From a virus (taxonomy: Duplodnaviria > Heunggongvirae > Uroviricota > Caudoviricetes), in IMG/VR virus record IMGVR_UViG_3300010002_000010, positions 27,949 to 91,948 of that record: DNA of 64,000 bases; one strand, 5' to 3'. Below, one piece after another: positions 44,198 through 53,578 of the stretch. Position numbers and translations under genes: made by a program. Under the pieces are notes generated by a model. That model had not been told where the DNA came from and searched no databases. It worked only from the letters and a program-made list of their open reading frames with translations. The first letter of the stretch is position 1. The number at the start of each line of letters is the position of its first letter.

Positions 44198-44566
44198 TCA
44201 TTTCTTTACACTTTGAATATTAATTTCATGTATTGCGGAATACAATGAATGACTATTATCCATGTATTGAGATACTTTTTCCGCGAATATATCTTTTTCA
44301 TATTGTGTTTCGTACTTGTTATATTCTCTTGCGAAATAGTTCGCATCATTAAGAGAAAAATCACTGGTGTATTCAAAATCTAGTTTTGTTGTCGATGAAA
44401 TAATATCCCAACTTGTATTAGGATCTTGTTCATCATATCCTGTTAATTGTTCCCATTCTTTACACAATACAGGAAAATCAATATCGATTACTTTATCAAC
44501 AACCTCATTATTTTCTTTTCCAAAAATATGAATTGTCCCCGTGAAAACTCTATCTTCGTTTGTCAT
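44198..44566 (-). CDS. hypothetical protein (122 aa)
   Basis: RBS aaagggga; terminator aggcc-aaa-ggcct downstream. Confidence 0.55.
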   Translation of the reverse strand: MTNEDRVFTGTIHIFGKENNEVVDKVIDIDFPVLCKEWEQLTGYDEQDPNTSWDIISSTTKLDFEYTSDFSLNDANYFAREYNKYETQYEKDIFAEKVSQYMDNSHSLYSAIHEINIQSVKK

Positions 44567-44678
44567 TTTAATATCCCCTTTGATTGATTTATCTTACATA
44601 TATAAATATAACACAATCGAGGCCAAAATGATACAGTAAATAGAAAAAACCTGGAAAGAATCCAGGTTTGTAAGATTT

Positions 44679-44921
44679 TTACATTTTTGTTCCAAGTCGT
44701 TCAATGATCTTGTCTTTTGTAAATACAAGCTCTTCTCCATCAACTAAGACAGGCATTGACATGACGCCAAGTGCAATTGCGGTTTTTTTACCTTCTGGCG
44801 TTTCAGTGTCAACAATTTCAACTTGATCTGCAAGACCAACAATTTTTAAAAAGTTTTTTACTTCAGTACATGGACGGCAATCTGGTTTTGTTAAGAGTTT
44901 CATAATAATTAATTTCCCCAT
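44679..44921 (-). CDS. nrdH: NrdH-like glutaredoxin-like redoxin
   Basis: LTKPDCRPC resembles the NrdH YTKPDCVQC motif; alternative start at 44903; last gene of the nrd operon. Confidence 0.6.
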   Translation of the reverse strand: MGKLIIMKLLTKPDCRPCTEVKNFLKIVGLADQVEIVDTETPEGKKTAIALGVMSMPVLVDGEELVFTKDKIIERLGTKM

Positions 44922-45346
44922 TCTTCTAATGTGTTCTCAATTTTTTCTTTTTCGTTTTGATCTAATTTATTCAAATTAAATCGCTGTTCAAACTTTATTT
45001 CCCCAATTACGTTACAACCATAATAACGACAGATTTTAGAAATGCTATCTACCGCCATACAATATTTTGGATAAATGGTATTTCCAGATCCAAAAACTAA
45101 TACCTGTTTGCCATATAATCGATGAGCATTATCAAGTATATACTTTTTAATATCTGCGGGGATTTTTCCATCTTTCCAAGTATATGATCCAAAAGCAATC
45201 AGATCATAGTTATTTAATTCAATTGTTTTGTCCGGGGTTGTAACCCAAGCTTCCGGGAATTTACTTTTTAAGTAATCCGCGAAAGTTTGAGTGTTGCCCG
45301 TAAGACTAGAAACAATGATTACTTTTGGTTTTAGAGATCGTCCCAT
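44909..45346 (-). CDS. nrdI: NrdI flavodoxin-like protein
   Basis: SLTGNT FMN-binding motif; ~145 aa; between nrdF and nrdH. Confidence 0.8.
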   Translation of the reverse strand: MGRSLKPKVIIVSSLTGNTQTFADYLKSKFPEAWVTTPDKTIELNNYDLIAFGSYTWKDGKIPADIKKYILDNAHRLYGKQVLVFGSGNTIYPKYCMAVDSISKICRYYGCNVIGEIKFEQRFNLNKLDQNEKEKIENTLEEWGN

Positions 45347-46386
45347 GCAGTAACATCTCCGCTCTCATCTTTTGATGATCCTACTTTTGCATAGTTATTT
45401 TCTTTTTGCTCAAAGAAATCCGATTTTACATTGTTAAAGTTTTCTGGCGAGTAAGCAGTGATCCAATCCATCGGATTCTTTTTGGTTTCAAAGATCGAAT
45501 CGAGGCCGTATAGATCTAAAAGCATATTTGCTTTGTACTCGACATATTTTTTTACGGAATAAATATCAATGTCATAAAAATCTTGATATAGATCATCGCA
45601 GAACTCTTTTTCAAGTTTAACCACTTCCCGCATAAACCCATAAACAAAGTCTGAAAACTCTTTTGTATTTTCTTCTGGGTATTGAGTCATAATATCTCGA
45701 ACCAGCAATGATTGGAACATTGAATGTTGAACCTCATCGCGCTGGATAAATCGGATCATCTGACCGGCACCATTCATTTTTCCATTGCGGTTAAAGTGAT
45801 AGAACGGTGTAAATCCATTAGTAAAGCAGATTCCTTCAAGAACAGACATTGCCACTAAACTTTTTAAGAACGTAGAAATATCCTGTTTTTCAATGAAATT
45901 ATCAAAAATATCCATCATGATCTTATTCCGGGCAAGCATAGTTGGCAGTTCTTTTGGATGTTTAAAAGCTTCATTAGCTTCCTCAATTGGAACAAGCGAG
46001 GTTAAATTATACGTATAAGATTGGTTATGGATCGATTCCATAAAAGCAATATTTGCTAATGTTGCTTTAATCGCAGGATCTTTCACAAAGTAAAAAGCAT
46101 ACATATCAAATTGCGTGGCAATCGAATCTAAAACAGATAGGACACCAATTGCTTTCTTATATACTTCTTTTTCTTTCTGATCCATTTTGTTATGCCAATC
46201 GCTTCGATCCTGAGCCATTGAAACCTCATCAGGGATCCAGAAATTCTCCACCAGCGTTTGATAAATACCGTAATACGCCTTATTTGAAATGTCATCCCAG
46301 AAAAGGATTCCACTTTGGTTATCGAACATTCGATCTGCTCGATTTGGTAAATTTTCATTAAATAGTCTTACTTTTGAGTTTTCCAT
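45331..46386 (-). CDS. nrdF: ribonucleotide reductase class Ib beta subunit
   Basis: Di-iron ligand blocks FMESIHNQSY, EGICFTNGF and IQRDEVQH. Confidence 0.9.
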   Translation of the reverse strand: MENSKVRLFNENLPNRADRMFDNQSGILFWDDISNKAYYGIYQTLVENFWIPDEVSMAQDRSDWHNKMDQKEKEVYKKAIGVLSVLDSIATQFDMYAFYFVKDPAIKATLANIAFMESIHNQSYTYNLTSLVPIEEANEAFKHPKELPTMLARNKIMMDIFDNFIEKQDISTFLKSLVAMSVLEGICFTNGFTPFYHFNRNGKMNGAGQMIRFIQRDEVQHSMFQSLLVRDIMTQYPEENTKEFSDFVYGFMREVVKLEKEFCDDLYQDFYDIDIYSVKKYVEYKANMLLDLYGLDSIFETKKNPMDWITAYSPENFNNVKSDFFEQKENNYAKVGSSKDESGDVTAWDDL

Positions 46387-46417
46387 GATTACCTCCTGTA
46401 TTAATTGTTACTATTAT

Positions 46418-46448
46418 ATTATACTTAAATTCTTGAAAACGTAAAGAA
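46418..46448 (-). promoter_or_regulatory. conserved phage promoter (TTTACG-N16-TATAATATAAtag) for nrdF
   Basis: ctattatattatacttaaattcttgaaaacgtaaagaaaa read directly. Confidence 0.55.
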
Positions 46449-46486
46449 AACAAGAGACCGAAATCTCTTGTTTAATTTATATTCAA

Positions 46487-47419
46487 TTAAGAACTACATG
46501 CTAAACAGTTATCTTCATATTTTTTATCCCAAGTACGAGTGTAGTAAGATGTCTTAATACCTTTTTTCCAAGCTCGAACATGAAGCGAAAGCAACTTTTT
46601 AGCCGATGTTCCTTGTGGTACATAGAAATTAAATGATGATGCTTGATCGACAAAAATCTGACGAGCCGCGTTATGGTCAATAGCAAATTCATGGGCAAGA
46701 CCTTCATCAGCTTTTTTCATTTTCATAGTTGGTTTGTAGTAATGCCATGTTACAGGGTTTAGGTTTGGCACAATCAATGGAAGCATGAAATCTTTTTTGC
46801 GCTCCATGAAGATTACATCAAAGATTGGATCAATTCCGGCGGTAGATCCAGCAATTACCGAAGTGGCTCCGGTTGGCGCAGGTGATCGAAGATAACCATT
46901 CCGCATACAGCGTGAAGCCATTTTTTGAACAATCTCCCATAAAGGGTGATTCAAATGACCATCTGCTTTTCGTTTTTCAAACCATTCACCAGTCTGCCAT
47001 TCAGATCCTTCAAATACTTTATAAGATCCTTTTTCTTTTCCAAGAATTGATGAGTTCATGATTGTATAAAGCATGATTTCTTCCTCAAGTTCCTGAATGT
47101 ATTTTGTGGCTTCTTCTGAATCCCAATCGAGTTGTTTATCAGCAAGCAAAGCCGCGATTCCTTGTTCTCCAGCACCAACAGCTCGATATTTTTTATTGGT
47201 AAACTCTGCTTGTGGAACAGGTGCTGTTTGTAATGAAATTACATTATCCAACGCTCGCATTTGAATTGCGATAATACGATCAAGAACGTCATCACGGACA
47301 ACATTATTCAGAACCAACGATGAAAGGTTACAGGTAACTAGATCACCAATTGATTTAGTAATGATTACTTTTTCATTAGCCCAATCAATCTCTTGTTGTT
47401 CAACATTTGATGGGGACAT
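46487..47419 (-). CDS. nrdE: ribonucleotide reductase alpha subunit NrdE, exon 2 (C-terminal part; true 5' splice boundary lies a few codons inside the frame, near ...QEIDW)
   Basis: ...EIDW...LVTCNLSSLVL matches the post-SNLC-x-EI region and the second catalytic Cys loop. Confidence 0.8.
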   Translation of the reverse strand: MSPSNVEQQEIDWANEKVIITKSIGDLVTCNLSSLVLNNVVRDDVLDRIIAIQMRALDNVISLQTAPVPQAEFTNKKYRAVGAGEQGIAALLADKQLDWDSEEATKYIQELEEEIMLYTIMNSSILGKEKGSYKVFEGSEWQTGEWFEKRKADGHLNHPLWEIVQKMASRCMRNGYLRSPAPTGATSVIAGSTAGIDPIFDVIFMERKKDFMLPLIVPNLNPVTWHYYKPTMKMKKADEGLAHEFAIDHNAARQIFVDQASSFNFYVPQGTSAKKLLSLHVRAWKKGIKTSYYTRTWDKKYEDNCLACSS

Positions 47420-48361
47420 GTTCTGCCCAATTTCAGTCCTGCATATTCCCTCTAGCTCGCTATGCTAGAAGCGTCACTCTTGGTGACTGCTATATGTTGC
47501 CATATAGAGTAGACTATATCATGATCTTAAATTAAGATCCCTTGCTTTTCCATTTAAGAGGTTTTACACTACCTTATTACGGTAACACCTCACCCCAATA
47601 GCTTGGGCTGTACTCTACTCCCTTAACCTTTCGGCGGTTTCGATAGTCGTTCGGCATTTATTAATCAATCTTATCAAGCATATTTCCAATCAGGATATTT
47701 TTCACTTTTTAACTTATACAGAACGCCACTCTTACTTTTATATCCTAACTTCTTCGCGGCTTCAGTAATACTTTCATATTCAATACTATTAATAATACAT
47801 TTTTTGGAATTTGCTTCTTTTACGCTGTTAATCATTTTTTGTGATTTTGGTTTACCATATTGATGGTTTCCAGATCCAGACATTTGATCCACTCTCATTT
47901 GTCTAATTCCTTCTTTATTTGGATGACCTGTAAAAACATCACCACCAATTGAAGAGAGTTTAATATTATAGAAGTCTTTTGAATTTACGGCATCGAACAT
48001 TAAAATATAATATTCTTCAACTTCTCTTAACTCTTTTTCATTATCACATTCATCAATAATGATCTTGTAAAAGTTTTCTTTCCCATATTTATTGATTGCT
48101 CTTTTTAAATAAACTCCGCTTCCTAAATACTTTTCCCATGAGTTTATTCTTGAATAAACACATTTTCCAACATATTTTTTACCAGTAAGTTTATTAATTG
48201 TGATATAAACAAAACCATATTTCAAGTTTTTATTCTCCATTCTTAAATGCCAATAAAAGAATGATAAGATTGATTAAATTTAGCACGGGATTGTCCTCAT
48301 GGGATATTCCCCGTTTAACAAGGTTTTTCGATAAGCTTTTCAGCTTAAAGGTGCTAAGAAA
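47420..48361 (-). mobile_element. group I intron (approximate bounds) in nrdE, carrying a GIY-YIG endonuclease ORF
   Basis: Exon 1 ends ...YSSNLC followed by a stop; the obligatory xEI continuation is found ~940 nt downstream; non-coding blocks flank the GIY-YIG ORF. Confidence 0.75.
47674..48240 (-). CDS. GIY-YIG homing endonuclease (intron-encoded)
   Basis: YGFVYITINKLTGKKYVGK (GIY...YVG motif); 188 aa. Confidence 0.8.
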   Translation of the reverse strand: MENKNLKYGFVYITINKLTGKKYVGKCVYSRINSWEKYLGSGVYLKRAINKYGKENFYKIIIDECDNEKELREVEEYYILMFDAVNSKDFYNIKLSSIGGDVFTGHPNKEGIRQMRVDQMSGSGNHQYGKPKSQKMINSVKEANSKKCIINSIEYESITEAAKKLGYKSKSGVLYKLKSEKYPDWKYA

Positions 48362-49783
48362 TTAACACAGGTTAGATGAGTAAATCATACCGGCATGTTT
48401 ATTTGGGTTATTACGGTTTACTGTATCGCGGTAGAACATATATGGTGTTCCTGTTTCAAGCTGAGAAATCTCAAACTTTTTAACAAGATCCAAAGCGTTT
48501 ACACGTGTTTTTGCTAATTCTTGGTTATCAATACATAATTGGTAATGATAAGTCCAAGCATGATCTGTTGGATTTGGTTTTTCTTTCTCACCAAGAAGCT
48601 TATTATCGTAAAAGTCTTCTAAATGGAATCCCATAACATCTTTGATTTCATGCGGATCAAACAAATACCAGTCGCCTCGTTTTTCAATTTGACGCATAAA
48701 TTCATCTGGAATTGTGATCCCTGTGAATAATTCATGAGCCCGTTCTGCCTTGTCACCGGTATTTAATCGCAACTCAAGGAAACGAACAATATCTTTATGC
48801 CAAATATCAAGATAAACAGCGATCGCACCAGGACGAACACCTAATTGATCGACTGAAACGGCTGTGTTATTTAATTGGCGGATCCAAGGAATTACACCTG
48901 ATCCAACACCATGGAACCCTTTAATCGAAGATCCTCGACCGCGAACTTTACCAAGATAGACACCAAGTCCAGCACCATTTTTACTGAAAGTTGCAATATC
49001 TGTATTGTCATCATAGATCCCGCGAAGTGAATCAGGTGTTGTAACAACGTAACAACTCGATAAACCCCCATCAATTCGTCCCGCATTTGATAATGTTGGT
49101 GTCGCCAGTGTGAGATAAAGATTTGATAATGCAAAGTACAATTCTTTGACATGATCCATTCGATCTTTTTTCTCTTCCATCATTAATGTCAAAGCCGCGA
49201 TCATAAACCGTTCTTGCGGTAGCTCATAAATCGATTTATCAAAATCTTTTACCAAATACCGATTTGCAAGTGCTTGGATTCCAGCAAAATCAAATAGTTC
49301 ATCTTTTGATGGATCAATCATTTGACCAGCAAGGATTAGATCTTCCCGGGTATAATTTTTTAATAATTCAGGTGTGTAAAGACGTTTATCTGTCAACGTT
49401 TTAATGAGGCCATAAAAATCACCATACATTAGTTTTGAATCATAAAAACGGTTTTTAGAGGCTCGCTTGTATAATTCTTGTTGAAAAATATATCGTGCCA
49501 TTTTTGTCCAGTTTACATTCAGTAATGTTTCGCTAGAAACTACACCATCTTCGTTTTTGATCCGATTAGCCAGAACAGTAGATTCTTGAATTAAAATCTT
49601 GCGGATGTCTTTGGCTTCAATATCCGGTCGTTGAGAAATTAAGCGGATTACTTTTTCAGCATATTCGCTTTTTGTTTCTTCTGGTAGTTTAACTTTTTCA
49701 AATCCTTTTCCAATAAAATCCATTAAACGTGAAGCGCTAAATTCCATTGATCGTTGCCCGTTATCTTTTAAAACCGTTGTCAT
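48362..49783 (-). CDS. nrdE: ribonucleotide reductase alpha subunit NrdE, exon 1 (N-terminal 473 aa ending SSNLC)
   Basis: Class I RNR alpha architecture ending at the active-site SNLC; RBS aaaggagag. Confidence 0.85.
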   Translation of the reverse strand: MTTVLKDNGQRSMEFSASRLMDFIGKGFEKVKLPEETKSEYAEKVIRLISQRPDIEAKDIRKILIQESTVLANRIKNEDGVVSSETLLNVNWTKMARYIFQQELYKRASKNRFYDSKLMYGDFYGLIKTLTDKRLYTPELLKNYTREDLILAGQMIDPSKDELFDFAGIQALANRYLVKDFDKSIYELPQERFMIAALTLMMEEKKDRMDHVKELYFALSNLYLTLATPTLSNAGRIDGGLSSCYVVTTPDSLRGIYDDNTDIATFSKNGAGLGVYLGKVRGRGSSIKGFHGVGSGVIPWIRQLNNTAVSVDQLGVRPGAIAVYLDIWHKDIVRFLELRLNTGDKAERAHELFTGITIPDEFMRQIEKRGDWYLFDPHEIKDVMGFHLEDFYDNKLLGEKEKPNPTDHAWTYHYQLCIDNQELAKTRVNALDLVKKFEISQLETGTPYMFYRDTVNRNNPNKHAGMIYSSNLC

Positions 49784-49844
49784 ATTAGTTTTACTCTCCT
49801 TTTAAAATACAGTATAGCGAGGAAATTAATCCCCGCTATCTTTT

Positions 49845-50897
49845 TTATGCTTCTGTTTGTGTTAGATCTTCTAATTGAAGAATTGCTTCTTGAAGTGTTC
49901 CAGTTTGATCCTTACGAGCATCCATAAGTTTTTTACCTGGTCCAAATACTTTTTCAATCGTACGTGTAAGCTCTTCCATGCGACCAGCTTTAGCAAGGAT
50001 TCCGCCAAGTTCTTTTGCTCGTTTCATTAAATCATCGAAATTAGCACCGTCAGCTTTTGCAAAATCATTTTCATGCTTTTCAGATACTTTTTGATCTTCA
50101 CCAATAAGATCGATTGCATCTTTCAATGCTTTTTTATATGCTTCAGCGTCTAGTGGAATTACTGGGGCAATTCCTTCAAAAGTAGATCCGGCTTGCCATT
50201 GAAGCGACTCTCGCAGGTGGATTACTCGCTGTTCATTCATTTCCGAGTCAACCGTCATATTCATAAAGAGAATGTTATCAACCATTTTGTTAATTGGTGC
50301 CATAACTTTTTCTTTAAGATCTGGTACAAACTTTTGGAACTCGTAGTATTCTTCTTTTGATTTTTTATCCGTTTTAAGAGTCATTGTTTCATCAATTGCA
50401 GATTCAAGCATTCCTGATTTAGGAATTTTTACAGTCTCTTTAATTGCGTGGCCAATAAATACAGGTGTATAACCAGCTTTTTCAATTTTTTGGAGACCGT
50501 CAACCCAGCTCTTTTTAAGATCTGTCCAGTCTTTACCCCATTCAACTTGACCAAATTCAGTTGTACCATATTTAGCAAGAATATGAAGCTCAAGCATTTT
50601 GTAGAGGTTTTCAACTGTATCAACCGCGACTACATCGTACCGCTCTTTAAGTTCTTTTTTCGTACGAAGCTGAGACATAACAGAAAGATAATCAGACCAA
50701 GTTTTAATATTTTGAACGTGTGCGCCGATCAAAACTTTATGACGGTTTTCAGTGGCTAGGAATAAAACTCGATCTCCATATAATCGACTTACGAAAGTTG
50801 TTTTACCAATCTTTGGTACTCCGAAAAGAAAGTTTGAATAAGATGAGATGTCAGATGATGCTTTTACCGGTTGTAGTTCTAAAAGATTAATTGCCAT
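49845..50897 (-). CDS. AAA_24-family ATPase (Sak4/RecA-like phage recombination-replication ATPase)
   Basis: Walker A FGVPKIGKTTF near the N-terminus; start at the ATG at 50897 with RBS aaatggagg. Confidence 0.55.
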   Translation of the reverse strand: MAINLLELQPVKASSDISSYSNFLFGVPKIGKTTFVSRLYGDRVLFLATENRHKVLIGAHVQNIKTWSDYLSVMSQLRTKKELKERYDVVAVDTVENLYKMLELHILAKYGTTEFGQVEWGKDWTDLKKSWVDGLQKIEKAGYTPVFIGHAIKETVKIPKSGMLESAIDETMTLKTDKKSKEEYYEFQKFVPDLKEKVMAPINKMVDNILFMNMTVDSEMNEQRVIHLRESLQWQAGSTFEGIAPVIPLDAEAYKKALKDAIDLIGEDQKVSEKHENDFAKADGANFDDLMKRAKELGGILAKAGRMEELTRTIEKVFGPGKKLMDARKDQTGTLQEAILQLEDLTQTEA

Positions 50898-50940
50898 TTT
50901 TGTTTCCTCCATTTAATTACGTTTTATTTCTTACTTTTAT

Positions 50941-50970
50941 ATTATACTTACATTCTATGATTATTAAAGG
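50941..50970 (-). promoter_or_regulatory. conserved phage promoter (TATAATATAAaagtaag family)
   Basis: cttacttttatattatacttaca read directly. Confidence 0.5.
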
Positions 50971-50975
50971 TTTTT

Positions 50976-51314
50976 TTATAATTCAATAAACAATTTTTCA
51001 AGATCATTTACATGAACAGCGCGGTCATCCAAATAGTAATGGGCAAATATTTTTCGTCCCTGACTACCTGCGATAAAGTAAGGATCTTCCGGATTCTCAT
51101 TAATATAATGAAATGGGATTTCATTTTCAATTAAAAACTCGTGCGCTTTAATCAAATGCTCACCTGATCGAGCCGTCCAGACAATAACCAAATGACCTTT
51201 TTCAAATGCCTGTTTCATAAATTCCAAAGTTCGAGGCTTAATAGCCCCGATACTTGGAAACCCTTCTTCAACAATTGTTCCATCAAAATCCACTGCCAAT
51301 GTTAATCGTTTCAA
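50976..51314 (-). CDS. HAD-superfamily phosphatase (possible nucleotidase)
   Basis: N-terminal DxDxT motif (LAVDFDGTIV); 112 aa. Confidence 0.55.
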   Translation of the reverse strand: MKRLTLAVDFDGTIVEEGFPSIGAIKPRTLEFMKQAFEKGHLVIVWTARSGEHLIKAHEFLIENEIPFHYINENPEDPYFIAGSQGRKIFAHYYLDDRAVHVNDLEKLFIEL

Positions 51315-51338
51315 AATAACTCCTCCAGTTATTAAAAC

Positions 51339-51752
51339 TTATTTTTCTTCTTCAGGTGTTTTTACAACCATTGTTACGATCGAATCATTTTTTGTTGGTG
51401 TAACAGGTCCAACATCCATTAAAGTAATATTGCCTTTTGCAATTGTTGGTTTTTTATTTTTATTTTTTTTAGTGTAATAAATGATCTGACCAAGCACAAC
51501 AACAGCCAAAGCAAAGTTTGCTAGCTCAGTTAAGAAATAACCAATTCCGTTGGGTGTTGTGATTAGCAAGTAAGTTGCATTTGACATCATACAGATCAGG
51601 AATCCAATAAGCAATACCCAAAAAGCAACCGACATATCTTTTACTGATTTTGTACGGTAAGTTTTAATGATCTGCGGTAGATATGTTAACGAGATCAAAA
51701 TTGTCGCTAGTACAGGAGCAATCACCGTTGCCCAGATTTTAAATAATTCCAT
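51339..51752 (-). CDS. PQ-loop (SemiSWEET/MtN3-like) three-TM membrane protein
   Basis: Three TMs with LPQIIKTYRTKS after TM1 (PQ motif); 137 aa. Confidence 0.5.
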   Translation of the reverse strand: MELFKIWATVIAPVLATILISLTYLPQIIKTYRTKSVKDMSVAFWVLLIGFLICMMSNATYLLITTPNGIGYFLTELANFALAVVVLGQIIYYTKKNKNKKPTIAKGNITLMDVGPVTPTKNDSIVTMVVKTPEEEK

Positions 51753-52282
51753 TATAAAGTTCCTCCAAATTCTTGATGATTATTAAGATCATCCACAATG
51801 TGTTTTAATGCTTCAATAGCTTCATAAGCATTGTTATAAATATCTCCGTAAGTTTGAACTAATCCTTTTGTATAAAGATTAATATAGAAGCGGTTGTCTC
51901 CGGTGCCATCTTTTCTAATATCGGAATAAATACCGATGATCGTTCGAAGTTTTGGCAATGATGAATGTCGACCTTCTGAATCAATCAGTGCGGAGAAATA
52001 TCCGATCTCTGAAGCAACTCCAGCATCAATTTCGACACCATCTAAACATGCAATCAATACATTTGATTCGTAAAGGTGTTTTGAATCTGCTTCAGCAATT
52101 GCCTTAGCAGTGATTACCGCATCATTTTTTGATTTATCATTAATATCTGCGTTTTCTTGCGGTACATAAAGATCAACATTAACCGCTTCACGAATTTCGC
52201 TTGCAATTTGATCTGTGTACAAGAACATTGCCTCTGAGAAAAAATTTGTCGCCAGGTAAACTTTCGGTAATGATTTTTTCAT
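51752..52282 (-). CDS. nucleoside 2-deoxyribosyltransferase-family protein (NDT/Rcl-like)
   Basis: KVYLATNFF (YLAxPxF-like) and LDGVEIDAGVASEIGYFSA; start at the ATG at 52282 with RBS atggagga. Confidence 0.55.
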   Translation of the reverse strand: MKKSLPKVYLATNFFSEAMFLYTDQIASEIREAVNVDLYVPQENADINDKSKNDAVITAKAIAEADSKHLYESNVLIACLDGVEIDAGVASEIGYFSALIDSEGRHSSLPKLRTIIGIYSDIRKDGTGDNRFYINLYTKGLVQTYGDIYNNAYEAIEALKHIVDDLNNHQEFGGTL

Positions 52283-52326
52283 TTTAATTTCCTCCATAGG
52301 AAAAGGGGAACAAGTCCCCTTCAGAT

Positions 52327-53151
52327 TTATTTTTTATCAACGATTACTGATCCAGCACCATCAACTTCAACATACGATCCATTCCATTTTTTAGCTTTTT
52401 CATATTCAACCAATTCTTTTGTGATTGATTTTGAAATTTCCACGTTAGCTTTAGCTTCCGCTTGAGCCTTGATTAATTTTTGTTCAGCTTCTGAGGTTGC
52501 TTGAACTTTTTTCTGTTCAGCCTCAGCTTTTGCAATTGCAAGATCTGTTTTCTTTTTATCAAGTTCTTGTGAAGCCTTTACTCGAGAATCAATTGCGGTT
52601 TGAGTTGCTTGGTCAGGTTTTGGTGCTCCAAGACCGATTTCTGAAATTTCAAAGCCTTTATCTAAAATGTTTTTAGAAAACAATTCTTTGATCTCAGCTT
52701 GGGCTTTACCAGATTTATTTCCGTAAATATCAATCAAACTGTAATTAGAGATTACATTTCGAGTTGCATCAAGCAAACGGCGTTTGATATATCCTTTTTC
52801 CAGTTCCTCAACAGGCAAAGATCCAAACTCTTTATAAATCGCAACTACATCAGTAGAGCTAATTGAATATGTGTAGTTAATATCCATTTCAATGTTTTTA
52901 CCGTCTGAAGTAGACACTACCATATTTTTAGAATCAACAGTACGAGATTTAGTTGGATATTCATTTACTTTATCGAACAATCCGATCACATGCCAACCAG
53001 GTGTTAAGACTTCATCTTTAACTCCACCAGATGCGGAATAAACAATGCCTACATTACCGTTATCAATTTTCTCTGTAAACAGTAAGAAGAATGCTAATCC
53101 TAAAATTAAACCTAAGCCAACAAGTGCTCCGCCTTTTTGTCCTGTACTCAT
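52327..53151 (-). CDS. SPFH/band-7 (stomatin/prohibitin-like) membrane protein
   Basis: N-terminal TM, SPFH core and a C-terminal Ala/Glu/Lys-rich coiled coil. Confidence 0.75.
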   Translation of the reverse strand: MSTGQKGGALVGLGLILGLAFFLLFTEKIDNGNVGIVYSASGGVKDEVLTPGWHVIGLFDKVNEYPTKSRTVDSKNMVVSTSDGKNIEMDINYTYSISSTDVVAIYKEFGSLPVEELEKGYIKRRLLDATRNVISNYSLIDIYGNKSGKAQAEIKELFSKNILDKGFEISEIGLGAPKPDQATQTAIDSRVKASQELDKKKTDLAIAKAEAEQKKVQATSEAEQKLIKAQAEAKANVEISKSITKELVEYEKAKKWNGSYVEVDGAGSVIVDKK

Positions 53152-53154
53152 AAG

Positions 53155-53316
53155 TTAAAAACCGTCCTCTTCATTATATTCATCATCGAGGTTTTCTCGA
53201 AGTGATTCTTTTTTATCTTCTATAACCGATCCAATTTCTTTAAAGAACGGTGATAACCAAACCCAAATTCCAAAAGTGATAATAAGGAATACAATCATCA
53301 TAAAAATCTGTCTCAT
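53155..53316 (-). CDS. small membrane protein (53 aa), translationally coupled upstream partner of the SPFH gene; not in the ORF track
   Basis: MRQIFMMIVFLIITFGIWVWLSPFF...; RBS aaagagg; ATGA overlap with 53313-53528. Confidence 0.4.
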   Translation of the reverse strand: MRQIFMMIVFLIITFGIWVWLSPFFKEIGSVIEDKKESLRENLDDEYNEEDGF

Positions 53317-53528
53317 TGTTGAACCTCTTTAAATTCTTGAATGAGTGGAAGCGCGGCTTTAATAATGATCTCAATATCTTTTAACTTGGTGGCCATTAGT
53401 TCAGCACGATTAGAAAAATCAATGGCGACTACGCTATCTTTAATTTTTTCAATTTGGGCTTCAATTGCAACCATTTTACCAAGCTTTTCATAATCTTCAT
53501 CTTTGATCGTGATACCTAGAAATTCCAT
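53313..53528 (-). CDS. hypothetical protein (71 aa)
   Basis: ORF in an operon. Confidence 0.45.
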   Translation of the reverse strand: MEFLGITIKDEDYEKLGKMVAIEAQIEKIKDSVVAIDFSNRAELMATKLKDIEIIIKAALPLIQEFKEVQQ

Positions 53529-53578
53529 GTTTTTACCTCCAAATGATAATAATTAGGAGGGCCGTAGCCCTCACTTAA

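Noticed and set aside
46128-46361. Overlapping small ORFs inside nrdF (both strands)
   Set aside because: They lie within the conserved nrdF coding sequence.
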